Positions 12,956 to 26,425 of a DNA stretch of 64,000 nucleotides are shown here, piece by piece. The translations under genes and the position numbers were made by a program. The stretch lies in NCBI RefSeq assembly GCF_001194135.2, contig NC_068982.1, forward strand, positions 33,770,475 to 33,834,474. Reading direction: 5' to 3'. Each line of letters starts with the position of its first letter. Positions within the stretch are counted from its first letter, which is position 1. The notes under the pieces were generated by a model. It was not told the DNA's origin. It did no database searches and worked only from the letters and a program-made list of their open reading frames with translations. This stretch comes from Octopus bimaculoides (lineage: Eukaryota).

Positions 12956-13207
12956 NNNNNNNNNNNNNNNNNNNNNNNNNNNNNNNNNNNNNNNNNNNNN
13001 NNNNNNNNNNNNNNNNNNNNNNNNNNNNNNNNNNNNNNNNNNNNNNNNNNNNNNNNNNNNNNNNNNNNNNNNNNNNNNNNNNNNNNNNNNNNNNNNNNNN
13101 NNNNNNNNNNNNNNNNNNNNNNNNNNNNNNNNNNNNNNNNNNNNNNNNNNNNNNNNNNNNNNNNNNNNNNNNNNNNNNNNNNNNNNNNNNNNNNNNNNNN
13201 NNNNNNN

Positions 13208-13392
13208 AGAAAGGAAGAGAGAGAGAGAGAGAAAGGAAGAGAGAGAGAGAGAGAAAGGAAGAGAGAGAGAGAGAGAAAGGAAGAGAGAGAGAGAGAGAGA
13301 AAGGAAGAGAGAGAGAGAGAGAAAGGAAGAGAGAGAGAGAAAGGAAGAGAAAGAGAGAGAGAGAGACAGAGAGACAGACAGACAGACAGACA
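13208..13392. repeat. Composite (AAAGGAA(GA)n) and (GACA)n purine repeat next to a gap
   Basis: Direct reading. Confidence 0.95.
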
Positions 13393-13696
13393 GCAAATGT
13401 TTCAAAGCTTTCTAACAATCCAACAACCTTGGGGGTGGATTCCTGCTTGTCCACAGCCCCTTCTTGATTGATGTGCACTTTGTTGTTGTTGTTGGCTCTA
13501 AGTCTCTAATTTCCCAACTTTACAAGCCTCCCCAGTACAGACAATATTCTGGTAGCTATTTTCAACTGAGGGGTAGGGAGAATAAGCAGCTGATATCAAT
13601 CCCACTCTTACTTGTTGGTATTTTCATCTCCCGTCAACTAGATAAGTAGAGCAATATGTTTTGCTTAAGGCACAAAACAATGTTTGCATGATGCAT

Positions 13697-13747
<51 letters not shown>

Positions 13748-14544
13748 TAGTCAGAGAAGAAGGAGCAACAGCCATGACCTTTGCAGGAACTACCAAACTG
13801 ATGTGGGGAATAAGATATAAAATCTTTTGACTCTTGGGATACAGCAGTTGGAAAACAGGACATCAAGATATTGTTTTATCCTTGCACTTTGTTCAAATAC
13901 TTGCAATGAAGCAGACTTCATTAAAGACCTCCAAGTTCAGGTGATGATACCATATTTACAGAGGGTCAAACTTTTTTTGTTTTTAAATATACACTTATTA
14001 GTACAATGCATGTTTATATTCTTTCATTATTTTGTTCAACTGAAATGTGGTTGTATGTTAGAAGCAGTAGAGATACAGAAAAAATATCAACGCATTCTAA
14101 CCAGATATTAGAGGGATGTGAGTTTGATCCTCATGGCTGGCTGCCGACAAATTTTTCTGCTTTTAAAAAGAAGAAAGGATTTTATCCTTTATATCTATAC
14201 TGTTCAGTATCTATGCGTTGAATAAAATTTATCTTTCTACTTGTTCTATCTTTGCATTATTTAGTTACACCAAGGTAGCAAACTGGCAGAACCATTACAG
14301 AGTCAGACAAAATACTTAGCAGCATTTCTTTCAGCTCTTTACATTCAGAGATCAAATTCTGAGGTTGACTTTGTCTTTCATCCTTTCAGGGTCAAGAAAA
14401 TAAAGTATCAGTCAAGTACCGGGGGACAATGCAATTGACTTGCACTGTTAATATATGAATGCAAAAGAGATACTTGAATAACTCTGTGTGTGTGTGTATA
14501 TAATATATATCTATGTAATGTATGTATTTTATGTATACAAAAAA

Positions 14545-14930
14545 GTAGGCGCAGGACTGGCTGTGTGGTAAGTAGCTTGCTTACCAACCACATAGTTCCG
14601 GGTTCAGTCCCACTGCGTGGAACCTTGGACAAGTGTCTTCTACTATAGCCTCGGGCCGACCAAAGCCTTGTGAGTGGATTTGGTAGATGGAAACTGAAAG
14701 AAGCCCGTCGTATATATGTATATGTGTATATATGTATGTGTGTTTGTCCCCCCCACCATCGCTTGACAACCAATGCTGGTGTGTTTACGTTCGGCAAAAA
14801 GAGACCGATAGAATAAGTACTAGGCTTACAAAAGAATAAGTCCTGGAGTCGATTTGCTCGACTAAAGGTGGTGCTCCAGCATGGCCACAGTCAAATGACT
14901 GAAACAAGTAAAAGAGAATAAAAGAGAATA
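14545..14930 (+). mobile_element. SINE family A, young copy
   Basis: ggcgcaggactggctgtgtggtaagtagc...gaaacaagtaaaagag, highly similar to 2153-2620. Confidence 0.9.
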
Positions 14931-15649
14931 AGTATATGTTTGTGTATGTTGATATGTATGTAGATAGATTTATTCACATTATTGTGGATTACTCATACTT
15001 TGTCTTGGAGCTTCGAAGTTTCAATGATGGGATTCTTTACTTTAGGAATGACATGGTAGGGTAAGTCTGAGAAGCTAAATCTGAGAAAGAATATTTGGGT
15101 CAGATATGGCTGGTTTAAATGCTAAAAGGGTTGTTGTCTTTTGTTCCACTGCTAGGACATGTTCACTAAGTTTTTACTTGGTGAGTTCTATTATATTAGG
15201 TTTCACACCCAAACTGATATTTGCATACAATTTTTAAGTGGGAGTATATAAACTACATTTAACTGCTTATCATCAAAATTGGCCTGCCATCTATACAGTA
15301 TATTTACAGTATATGATGTTCCTCCAATTAGCATAGCTTTAATAAGTCAGTCAACTATCCTCTTGTGGTAGACTGTAACAACAACCATTACATTCAAATA
15401 TATCTACCTATCTATCTAGCCACCACTATCATCATTGCCATCCTATTAATAAATAGCCTATAAAGAGTCAACAATAATTGTCCATGACAAATGTTGCAGG
15501 CTGTAGTGTCATAAGTAAACTGATCTTCTCTACTTGTTACTGTCCTCACCTACCACAGTCCTGTTGCAAATGCTAATCTCCAATCTCTTTAGCCATACTC
15601 TTTTATCTCAATTGGAGTTTATTCCAATTTTTCATACTAACACTACTAC

Positions 15650-16700
15650 TAACAACTATAAGCAGAGTTATTTGTCATGACAATCTATTCTTTGAATATG
15701 CCCAAACCAGTGGGGAGTTTCAGCATGGGAAAATGGAAAAGAGATTTAAGAATATCTTCTCTATGCTAAGAATCTTAACTTTTTCTAGGATGAGTGTTCT
15801 CAGTCTTACCTTTCGCTATGATGTTCATGATCTGTCTCGTGTGGTTCATCATGAATGTATGCAACGTTTTTGGGTCTGTTTTCAATATATTGTCCATGCC
15901 TCCAATCCATAAATGAGTGGATATTATTTTTGTTACTCAGTATACTTTGCACGTCATATGAACCAAACTGTGTTTGTTGTTCCACAGTCACTCTCTCAAT
16001 CTTCCAAATGCCTATGTTGTGATCAAGTTAGTCACAGTGCTTTGCCATCATTATTGATTGTACTGTCAGAAAAATAAATTGGTTTACCTTTCACTACTGT
16101 CTGTCAATCGGTAAAGATGGGAGGAGATTGTTCCACTCAGCTCAAATCAAGAGCTAGCAGATAAAGAACTTCAATCTTCTGGATATTAATTTTCAAGCCA
16201 ATCTTTCTGGCTGCACTGTCAAAAGCACCTATCAAGCTCTACAGTCCTCTACACGATGGGAGATGAGAGCAGAGACACCAGCAAATGACATTTCTTTTAG
16301 TAACAGGCATGTGGTCTTTGTCTTAGTCTTGTCTATATGTATAGAATTTCAGTTGCATTGCAGAATAGTTTCCTAAGTATCACTGGAAAATAAAGTGAGA
16401 AAAAGTTTGGCCCCTTCAGACTGTAGAGTTGGGGTTCATTTACATGACCTGAACCCTTATGCTACTGTGTAAGGTCTACTATTTGAGTGAATTTTTCCAA
16501 ACATTCAAAGCTTCTGTATATTTCTCCATATTTACCTCAGGTCCAACCAGTTTATTATAGAGCATATAGAAACCAGAATATATTAGTTGGTGGTGTAGTG
16601 ATCTGGCCAATGTCACTACACTACTCTCAAGATCGTGACATCATATTTAGCACTTTCTCAGTCTTCCATTGACACATATGTTAACCCCCATCACTTATTG
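15650..16700 (-). mobile_element. Old RTE (BovB-like) LINE reverse-transcriptase remnant
   Basis: Minus-strand pieces ECLEKFTQIV, VNQFIFSDSTINNDG, AFGRLRE*LWNNKH..CKVY, LHTFMMNHTRQIMNII align by eye with RTE motifs (GCPEKF, VDQFTYLGSTIS, KASQAFGRLRERVW, LERFH.RCLRQIMNI). Confidence 0.75.
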
Positions 16701-17029
16701 CCCATTTACATCACAAGTTGCTACCAGCTCAGACATCTCTCTTGCATACATCAGCTAATAGCCTTTCAACTTATCTCTTCAGTATTCAAATTACTCTGTC
16801 AAATATAATGTTTGCTTACTTATATTGTTTTCAATTAATCATACATTATTCCATTGCTTTAAGACTTCGAAGATGCGATTGTTTAGTTTCAGAATAACAT
16901 TGTAGGATTGAAGTGAGAAGTTGAATCTGACCAGTTTCAACATAAAACAGGTTAAATATTTTGGCCAGATATGATCGGTTTGAATGTTAATGGGTTAACT
17001 GTGAACTGCTTTCTATGTCAGCTAACATG

Positions 17030-17170
17030 AGCCCCTACAGACCGTTTATACTCAGTATCTATGGCTCACTGCCATGCAGCACCACACTTCACATAGTCTG
17101 TCTTTTGCACAAGTAAAGAGAGCCACTTGCTGCTATCAGTAGCAAAAGCTCTTTCAACTTCTGCTACTCC
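17030..17170 (-). mobile_element. Short RTE LINE fragment
   Basis: Reverse complement resembles the LSLRVKGRLYDACVRTAMLHGSETW region seen at 44978-45060. Confidence 0.55.
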
Positions 17171-18239
17171 ATCTTAAGCTACTATACTTCCACTACCACC
17201 ACGCCAGCAGCACTAATTAGTTTACCCAGATAACAGAAGCTTATCTTTTACACATAATGAGCCTTCTGAACAATTTTATGGGTGCTCCTAATGCTAACTG
17301 CTCCATTACATCCAGTGCATCCTAGTTCTCTGTCAATCTGCCAGAGATGCAACAGTATATTTTGCATGTTTTATGTATACATTGGTTCGCAATATCAAAT
17401 TCTTACACTCTCCATTCCTACATTTAGGACATGGTCACTTACCAGAAGTCACGAGGATTTTTAAACTGAAACAAACCACAAATGGCATTAGGATTCATAT
17501 AGTGGTAATTATTTTAGTACATGACCACCATGCATGAAGATGCATGATCTATTAGTATAATTCTCACTCTACATTTAAATGGTTTTTAAATATTCCTCCA
17601 AAAATAGTTTCAAGAGCATTTTTTTTTTAGCTAAATCACACATGCACACACTCACACACACACACACACACGCAAATAAACAAGTGGTGGAATTGGAAAT
17701 GCCTGTATTTCATTTATCTGTGTCTAGGTAAACAAGTGCAGCTACAGCTAACTGTCATCCTTACCAATAATATGATCAAAAACAGGAAAAGTATGCATAT
17801 CTTATGCCCATTAGAATAAAGTTTCAGCTTCAAACAACATATGCCAGCAGTCCAACTCGTGCCAGTATGGAAACTAAACATTAAATGATGATGATATTTC
17901 TCTTTATTAATTTCAAGAATAATCTTGAATAAACTTGATATTATTATCAAAACATACGTTTACAGTTGTTCAAGACTTCATTCTTTTCTGTTTCTATTTT
18001 CTACATTACCGTTTAATAAACCCATTCTCCACTTATATCTAAGCTGTTGCCGAATCCTTGCATTACACATATTTGTATAGGGATATTATTAAAAATGCTA
18101 AAAATCCTACATCTAGAAATAAAATCTACATGCGAACCCAGATTATCAAGCAACAAGTTTTTCTTCTTTTTTTTGTTGTTGCTTTTTTTTTTCAGGATAA
18201 TACAATTATCTCCTTGTTGAGAACTGATGTGGGACCAAA

Positions 18240-19050
18240 CACCATCAACTCAGCTTTTCTGCGTTATTTTTATTCTTTGAATTTTATGTAAACTTTCAGA
18301 TATTCCCTCATCTCTTGGATTGGTAGTTTCCTATCAGACCCCACTATTACAATGCATTGACTGCTCTTTCCACTCATTATTCTATTAACTCTAGTGTGTT
18401 TCCTCTCCACTTCATCAATGACTTACTTACTACAATGTCCAACAATGCCCACACTTAAGCAGTGACATTGCTCTTCATTATTTCCTGACCTTCCTCAACA
18501 ATACTTCATTCACCCACAACTTAAACGTCACATGCCAAGCCCATTGATTCCATGAACTGAGACTTTGAAAGCATCCTCCAATGAGGACTGCTAATCTTGT
18601 CCCTTTTGGCCACAAGAAAACACAAATGCTACTCATATCAAGAAAACCTCATCAGATCACACCTCACTAAAGAGCAGCACACAGCTAAAGCACTCACAAT
18701 TGCTCCAAATGTTGGACCTTACTATCACCAAGGATCTGTCATGCAGAAAACACATTCATAACATAGCTACAACTGCGTGCCATTAAGTGGCTTTTCTCTT
18801 CAGAGCCAGAAGATACTTCAGCCTCCAACAATTATTAACACTCTATAGAGCTCAGGTGAAGCCTAGAATGGAGTATTGCCTTCACAACAAAGACAGTGGT
18901 GCTGCTGCACACATAGATAGCCTAGACCACATCCAGCAAAAGGCCACCAGAATGATTGGCATAAAGTCATTCATATATACACTCCAGCTTCTGGCCTATA
19001 GATCCACTATCTTTTCTCTCTTCGCTGTGTGTCCCACTCACACTTAACAA
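18240..19050 (+). mobile_element. CR1/Jockey-like LINE reverse-transcriptase remnant
   Basis: LISWIGSFLSD, INSSV..FINDLL, and ORF 18787-19047 AFLFRARRYFSLQQLLTLYRAQVKPRMEYC...SLDHIQQKATRMIG. Confidence 0.85.
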
Positions 19051-19529
19051 GGAAACTTCTCACTCACACTACCACAACAAACCAAACCACATCTCTACAT
19101 CTTCTACCAGAACAAACCAAACTATGTTTCTACATCTCTTCTCTTCCTCACATTTCCACTTAATGTACTATGATTACCTCCCACTCCCAAATCTTGTCCT
19201 CTTGGCCAGGTGCCACTGTATCATTGCTCTTCACTTGCTCTTAACCTGCTCTTAACCTGTGCATTCTACTCACATGCCCTGTCTCACTATTATTGCTATC
19301 TGCTAGCCCCAAACCTAGGTGTTCCATCCACATGTAACAAGAAAACTTTTCCCTCACCCTACCCCAATAAACCAATCTACATCTCTTCTCTTTCTCACAG
19401 TTCCTCCTTCATACACTATGCCTAGCTCTCACTCCCCAATCCTGTCCTCACACCCTTGTTCCTCTGCATCAATGCTACCCGGCAGCCCCCTCCAACCCTA
19501 TATACCCAGGTCTTTCACCACTTACTTGC

Positions 19530-19985
19530 ACTCCTTAATCACACTCCCTTCACAATACCCTGCCACTTATATTATGGCATTTGAACCTCAAGGGTATACC
19601 CTGGCACTTGTGACCATCTATATCTCTCTCTTCTTTTACTAAACCATCTCATTTATATTCTGAACCCCATTCCTTGTGAGTATGCCTGGCATTTTGCCAC
19701 CATCTCTATCCTGCTGTCTCCCATTCTCTCTCCTACACTTCCCTCTGGTTGGGCAACCATGCATTTTCTTTGCAGTAGCACACCTGTTTCTGTCTTCATT
19801 CCTGATCTTTCTCACTCCGGCCAGGTAACCTTGTACTTCCTCTACAGCAAGACACCTGTATCTGTCANNNNNNNNNNTTTCTCACTCCGGCCAGGTAACC
19901 TTGTACTTCCTCTACAGCAAGACACCTGTATCTGTCACACTATAACCTTTTCATCATCACCTCCTCCAATGCCTCCTCCCCTCTT
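19530..19985 (+). repeat. Unclassified pyrimidine-rich interspersed repeat, copy 1
   Basis: Colinear with 40790-41210 (CCACTTATATTATG...GAACCTCAA, TTGTGAGTATGCC, CCAGGTAACCTTGTAC, CACCTCCTCCAATGCCTCCTCCC). It lies directly downstream of the CR1-like remnant. Confidence 0.8.
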
Positions 19986-20514
19986 TTGCAGGTACTTGGT
20001 GACCCTGTCAGTGCAGGTGCCACTTAAAAGCACCTAGTCCACTCTGCTGAGTGGTTGATGTTAGGAAGGGCATCCAGCTGTAAAAATCCTGCCAAAACAG
20101 TCACAGAAGTCTGGTGCAGGATTTGGCCTGGCTGATTCTTGTGGTACTGTCCCACCCATGCTAGCATGGAAGACGGATGTTAAATGACGATGATGACAGA
20201 GTTAAAGTACAGTGATTTATTGAAGCTGAAAAACTTTAAGTTTTAAAGCTTCCATAAATACTTAATGTGTGTGTGGAAGGAGAGAAGTAGACACAAGCAT
20301 CACTGTGTGGTTAAGAAGTTTACTTCACAGTCATATGATTTAAGGTTCAGTCCCACTGCACAGCACCTTGGGTAGTGACTCCAATAGCCCATGGCCAAAC
20401 AATGCCACGTGAAGAAATTTGGTACTGTAAGAAATGTAGGAAGATCTTCATATGCATCTACAAGCATGAGATTGCATGTGCATGAATGTGTATGCTTATA
20501 TTCTTTTCTACTCT

Positions 20515-20715
20515 GGGCACAAGGCCCGAAATTTTTGAGGAGGGGATCAGTCAATTGTATTGACCTCAGTATGCAACTGGTACTTAATTTATCGACCTCA
20601 AAAGGATGAAAGGCAAAGTCAACCTCAGCGAAATTTAAACTCAGAATGTAAATACAGACAAAATATCGCTAAGCATTTCGCCCAGCGTGCTAACAATTTT
20701 GCCAGCTCACTGCCT
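20515..20715 (-). mobile_element. tRNA-headed SINE family B (GACTTTGCCTTTCATCC...AAGTACCAGT core)
   Basis: Head with B-box GAGTTTAAATT and conserved core. Other copies at about 1088-1280, 9120-9340, 14268-14440, 31780-31975, 42020-42230, 45810-46025, 47100-47225, 48750-48935, 50140-50400 and 52935-53045. Confidence 0.85.
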
Positions 20716-20774
20716 TATATGTATGTTTATATTTCATGCCATCAGAATTTGACAATATCCTCATGACCAACTGG

Positions 20775-22480
20775 CTGGCTGCAGGAATTTCTGTATGTCT
20801 ATGACCTAGTCCTCATAGCTGAATGGCAAAACAAATGTTTTAGAAGGAAGGAAGACAGAATGTTACTACCAGCTGAGAATGGCCATGTTTGACATATTGA
20901 GAAGTGTACATATGAATTCTACACAGTATACCTAGTGTAAAATATGAGTGCATAAAAAAAATGTCATGGGAACAGAGGCAGGGTGATAGAGATTAAAGAC
21001 TTCCTTTGTAGCAAATGTGAAAGAATAATTAACAGTAAGAACAACTACAAATTAGCAATTGCAGTGTGGAAGATACAAATTAGCCAATCAGAAACATTGT
21101 AAGACTATAAACTTCATTTGAACATTTATTTGTAAATATGGTGTCAAAATTTTCATCACTTTAAATTGCGACCGGGTCACTGACAAAAAGTGTGCACACC
21201 ATATTACAAATAAATATTTGACTCTTTAGCATTCAGATTACTCTGTCAAATGCAGCATATTTACATTCTTTTGAATTAATTCATGCATTATCTCATAGCT
21301 TGAAGATTTCAATGATGTGATTGGTTATTTGTAGGGTAAGTGTGAGAGGCCAGATCTGGCCAGATCTGGCCAGTCTGAATATAAAACAAGTAAAATATCT
21401 GGCCTTGATATGGCCAGTTTAAATGCTGAAGGGTTGAGTGAAGTTAATTACCTTTGTGTGTTTCTGAATGGCTAACTTATGCTTTCTATGCTGCAAACAA
21501 TCTCAGATCAAAACACCTACCATGCAAGTACATCTCTGTAAATTGGAAATTAAATTCTTTTAAATACCCAAAGATCTTCCTAGAAGTAGTCAATACCATA
21601 GCTTCTGGCACAAAAGTCGAATTTTTCATGCCAAAATTTACATCCAAAAGAGTAAGGTCAACTTATACACCAAGATGACTTTGGAAGACCAAAACTACCA
21701 AGTGAAATGCAGCATGACTTCGAAAGATAGTGACAATATTTGAATGTCTACACTACATATTGTGTCAACTTATATGAGAGAAAATACAGTAGTTTCTATT
21801 ACCTAGATAGCTTAATTAGCAGTGGGGGAGGGTGCTCTGAAAGTATAGTAACCAGAGAAAGAACTGTGGTAAGAAAGGGATTCTCTCTTCAAATGAAGAC
21901 CAGGTTGTATGATATTTATGCCTGTGATAGCATCCAGAAGCATCATACAATGTTATGTTAAATGGCAGCAAAACCTGAGCAGCCAATGTGGAGAAAGTAT
22001 AAAGGCTGGAAAAAAATGAAGCAAGTATGTTGTCTGGATGTGTAATGTTAGTGTACATGAACAACAGAGCACAAATGAACTTGCAGGAAAACTAGGTATA
22101 AGGTACCTAGTGCTGGTATAGACAGGTAATGCATGAAGAGAATGACAATTAAGTAAAGATGTGCTAAGTGATCTAAGTGGAAGGAACCTGTGGAAAAGGA
22201 AAACCAAGGAAGATATGGAAGAAATGGCAAAGGCTAATCTCAAGAAATACATGACAAAGAAGGCTAATCTCATGAAATAACAAAGGCTAATCTCATGAAA
22301 TTGCAAAGGTTAATCTCATGAAATTGCAAAGGTTAATCTCATGAAATTGCAAAGGTNNNNNNNNNNTGCAAAGGTTAATCTCATGAAATTGCAAAGGTTA
22401 ATCTCATGAAATTGCAAAGGTTAATCTCATGAAATACATGACAAAGAACCACAAGTGGTGAGACACTTGTCCAAAACCAC
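20775..22480 (+). mobile_element. Fragmented RTE LINE remnant interrupted by other repeats
   Basis: QEFLYVYDLVLIAE (YADD motif) at about 20780. YLDSLISSGGGCSESIV and MKTRLYDIYAC at 21790-21940. C-terminal GKPRKIW at about 22200. Confidence 0.75.
22228..22447 (+). repeat. 23-bp minisatellite (GCAAAGGTTAATCTCATGAAATT)n inside the RTE remnant
   Basis: At least 7-8 visible units, with an 11-N gap inside the array. Confidence 0.95.
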
Positions 22481-24470
22481 CATGGATGGAAAGATGGATA
22501 TAAAAATTATGATGACGATGATGTATATTTTTATATATACACACACAAACATAAACAATTGTGTGCACACACGCATCCATGTGTGTGTGCGTGTATGTAT
22601 TTTCCCAGTAAGTGCTGGCTAATTTCTTTGATATATTTTAAACACATATCCAATATAACATAAAAAGGATGCACTTTTCTGACCACACCAAGTTCTAAGT
22701 ATGAAACAATGTCTACTTTATTCAGAAACGGAAACCTGTCTATCCAGCAGAGAGAAGTGTTATTATCCTCTAAGTATGAGTTTTTTGACAAAAAAAATCA
22801 CATGAGTACTGTATTACTTCTTGAAACTTAATATTCTGTAAACTTCATCTAAATACAATGATAAAATAATGAACAACCATAATTAGTTTTTTCTTTTTTT
22901 TCCCCCCCACAATTTTACAAAGCAGTTATTCAAAAACCATATATATTGCTATGTAAGAGATTAATCTCTCTGTGCAGAAACTTCATAGAGTAAGGTAAAA
23001 ACTCATTCATGAAGAAGACCTCTTCTCAGTTACCATGAACCATGACAAGAATGGTTTCAGACTTATGAATAAAAGACAAACATGATCTCAATGAGATTTG
23101 AAGAAAACATTGATTGATGCCAGGTATTTATTTGTGTAATCTGTCAAGTTGATCACTTCAGAAACTAGAGCAATACATTTCTTTGATTTGAGCCTATACA
23201 GTTATGGTTATTTGTTGCACAGGAAAAATCTCTAATATTTGTTAACAGTCTCCTATATCTGAGAATATTTACAACTGTAATACAACTGTACTACACACCC
23301 CAAGAAGCAAAATCCCTAGGAGTAAGAAAAGGGAGGGAGGGAGACAGAAAGAGAGAGAGAGAGACAAATAGAAAGAGAGTGGTAAAAAGATTGGGAGACT
23401 GAAAGAGTTCAGGTTAATTTACTTTCAAAACACATTATAGATGAGCTTTTACAAGCTGTTATATTTGAAATGCATATGTGTGTGCATTTGCGCATGTCAT
23501 TAGACTCACCCCTCAAGAACAACAAATGAGCACACAGTAACAAAAAGGTGTAGGAAAAGAATAACTTTCACAAAGGATTTGTTTTAAGTGAAGTTTGTGT
23601 AGAGTCTGCCTCCATTCGCTCCGAATTGTATAACATACATTGATGCACAGTGCACCACATTCCAGAAACATAAAAGACACATACTTGAGAAGGGAAAGTT
23701 GTAAAACCCTAACAGATCTCCCTTATTGTCATAGTCCATCATATGTAAAGTTGCCTTTGCCAAAGTTTACCTAATAACAGCAAACATACAGCTAAGTGAA
23801 TCATCATCATTTAACATCCCCTTTTCCATGCTTGCATGGCTCAGACAGCAGATTTTCTACAGTCAGATACCTTTCCCATTACCAATTCCCACTTGTTTCC
23901 AAACAAAGAAATACCTCACCATGGCCATAAACGTTTTTCACAGAAGACTGGAAGTGAAAAATCTCAACTTGTATGACAATGACACTCACTTACAATCATC
24001 ATGGGACGTCTAGACAAAGACATATGCATACACACATGCAGCCACATACATACAAAAATACAAAGGGCTTCTTTCAGTTTCTGTCTACCAAATCAACTCA
24101 CAAGGCTTTCACTGGCCCAGAGCTGTAGCAGAAGACATTTTCCTAAGACTACGTTGTCTTGAGAAGCAAGCTTCTCAACCACACAGCCATAAAATAACAT
24201 ACATAACTGCAACATAGTGCAACAAATTCCTGCTGATATGGTTGAAATTTTTAAACAGTCCCATCTCCAATTCCCCATCTCAAAGTGTTTCTATATCTCC
24301 ACACACTATTATTGCAAGAGAGCCATTGATCCTATTTTGATTTCATACATTCCTTTGATGAGTCTTGTTTCAGTCCTACAGAATTGCAAACAACCCTCTT
24401 CACTAGGCAAAGAGATGCCAGCTTAGTCACTCGTGACCTGATAATATAATAGGATGTACAAGATCCCAGT

Positions 24471-24521
<51 letters not shown>

Positions 24522-25541
24522 TTCATTGTGAGCACAGGATTTGATGTTTCCTTTTATTTTCTGCGAACTGTGAGCTGTCATTAAGAGTGACCAGAAAAAC
24601 CAGACCTTCTAAAAGGACAGATAACCAAGTTGTCAATGGTTATCTAGCTACAGTGAATAAGAATACAGCAAATACTCCAGATGATGGACCCCAAAAATCT
24701 CAACCATGACAGTAGGAGTTTGGTGTATCACATTGCACTATTTTTGCCAAGTTCTAAAGGACTCATTTTTCAGGCAACAAAATGTGATATAAATTCAGAT
24801 CAGACAGAGATGAATGAGATACAGCAAAGCACCACTTTTGACTGAGGTAGTATTTGAAATCAGAGTAGAAAGAGACCTGGAACATATACCTCGAAGCATT
24901 CTATACAAAGCTCTAATGATGCTACCAATTTGGCAGCCAATGCACTATATATCCTGACAGCCAGACAGAAATGCAGGTATGCATGTATACATAAATATGC
25001 ACATGCATACACATACATTTTTTTTTTGTTTTGCTTTTAGTCTATTCCACAACACTCATGGACACTGCACAGCACCTTGCCCTGAGATGACCAATACTTT
25101 GGGAGTGAATTTGAATGATGGAAACTGTGTGGAAACCCATTATATATATATACACACACACACACCCTATGTATGTACGTGAATATGTATGTCTATATAT
25201 ATATGTGTGTGTGTGGTTTTGCCACACCACCACTAGACAACAGGTGGTCGTTTGTTTATGTCTCTGTAACTTAGTTTGGCAAAAGGGAAATAAGGGACTG
25301 ACAGAATAAGTAGCAAACTTAAAATTAAGTACTAGAGGAAATCTGTTTGACTAAAATCTTCCAAGGTGGTGCCCCAGCATGGCAGCAGTCCAGTGACTGA
25401 AAGAAATAAAAGATATAAAATATATAAGCAGTAGGTATTAAAGGACTTCAGCATGACAGTGTTTATGTACACAGAAATGCAGCCTTATCAAGATTGTTGT
25501 GGTTAAAAGTACATGCTTGTTTAGAAAGAGTAAATAGAGCC

Positions 25542-25580
<39 letters not shown>

Positions 25581-25582
<2 letters not shown>

Positions 25583-26425
25583 TCATCATCGTCGTTTAAC
25601 GTCCGCTTTCCATGCTAGCATGGGTTGGACGATTTGACTGAGGACTGGTGAAACCGGATGACAACACCAGGCTCCAATCTAATTTGGCAGAGTTTCTACA
25701 GCTGGATGCCCTTCCTAACGCCAACCACTCAGAGAGTGTAGTGGGTGCTTTTACGTGTCACCCGCACGAAAACAGCCACGCTCGAAATGGTGTCTTTTAT
25801 GTGCCACCCGCACANNNNNNNNNNNNNNNNNNNNNNNNNNNNNNNNNNNNNNNNNNNNNNNNNNNNNNNNNNNNNNNNNNNNNNNNNNNNNNNNNNNNNN
25901 NNNNNNNNNNNNNNNNNNNNNNNNNNNNNNNNNNNNNNNNNNNNNNNNNNNNNNNNNNNNNNNNNNNNNNNNNNNNNNNNNNNNNNNNNNNNNNNNNNNN
26001 NNNNNNNNNNNNNNNNNNNNNNNNNNNNNNNNNNNNNNNNNNNNNNNNNNNNNNNNNNNNNNNNNNNNNNNNNNNNNNCCTCGGTGAGGCCCAATGTTCG
26101 AAGGTCTTGCCTCACCACCTCAGCCCAGGTCTTTCTGGGCCTACCTCTTCCACAGGTTCCCTCAACTGTTAGGGAGTGGCACTTTTTCATGCAGCTATCC
26201 TCATTCATTCTCACCACATGTCCAAACCAGCGAAATCGTCTCTCTTGCACACCACTACTGATGCTTCTTATGTTCAGCTTTTCTCTCAAGATACACTCCG
26301 ACGGGTATGCACATTTACATTACACATCCAGCGGAGAATACTGGCTTCATTCCTTGCGAGCTTACGCATGTCCTCAGCAGTCACAGCCCATGTTTCACTG
26401 CCATGTAGCATGGCTGTTCGTACAC
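25581..26425 (-). mobile_element. Young 5'-truncated RTE-clade LINE (ORF C-terminus, 3' UTR and (GAT)n tail), interrupted by a gap
   Basis: Minus ORF ...REKLNIRSISSGVQERRFRWFGHVVRMNEDSCMKKCHSLTVEGTCGRGRPRKTWAEVVRQDLRTLGLTE is a typical RTE C-terminus. CpGs are retained. The tail reads catcatcatc on +. Confidence 0.92.

Noticed and set aside
12866-13478. Long ORFs of 179-188 aa
   Set aside because: They span N gaps and (TA)n/(GA)n repeats; artefacts.
15806-15991. Protein-like minus ORF ending at a GTAAG donor, initially read as an exon
   Set aside because: A neighbouring frame matches RTE reverse-transcriptase C-terminal motifs (AFGRLRE, RQIMNI); it is a LINE remnant.
19806-19938. Exact ~60-bp direct repeat either side of an 11-N gap
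   Set aside because: Typical unmerged contig overlap, an assembly artefact.
22228-22447. CRISPR-like appearance of short regular repeats (also 38974-39138 and 27395-27520)
   Set aside because: The units are contiguous with no unique spacers, no cas genes are present and the context is eukaryotic.
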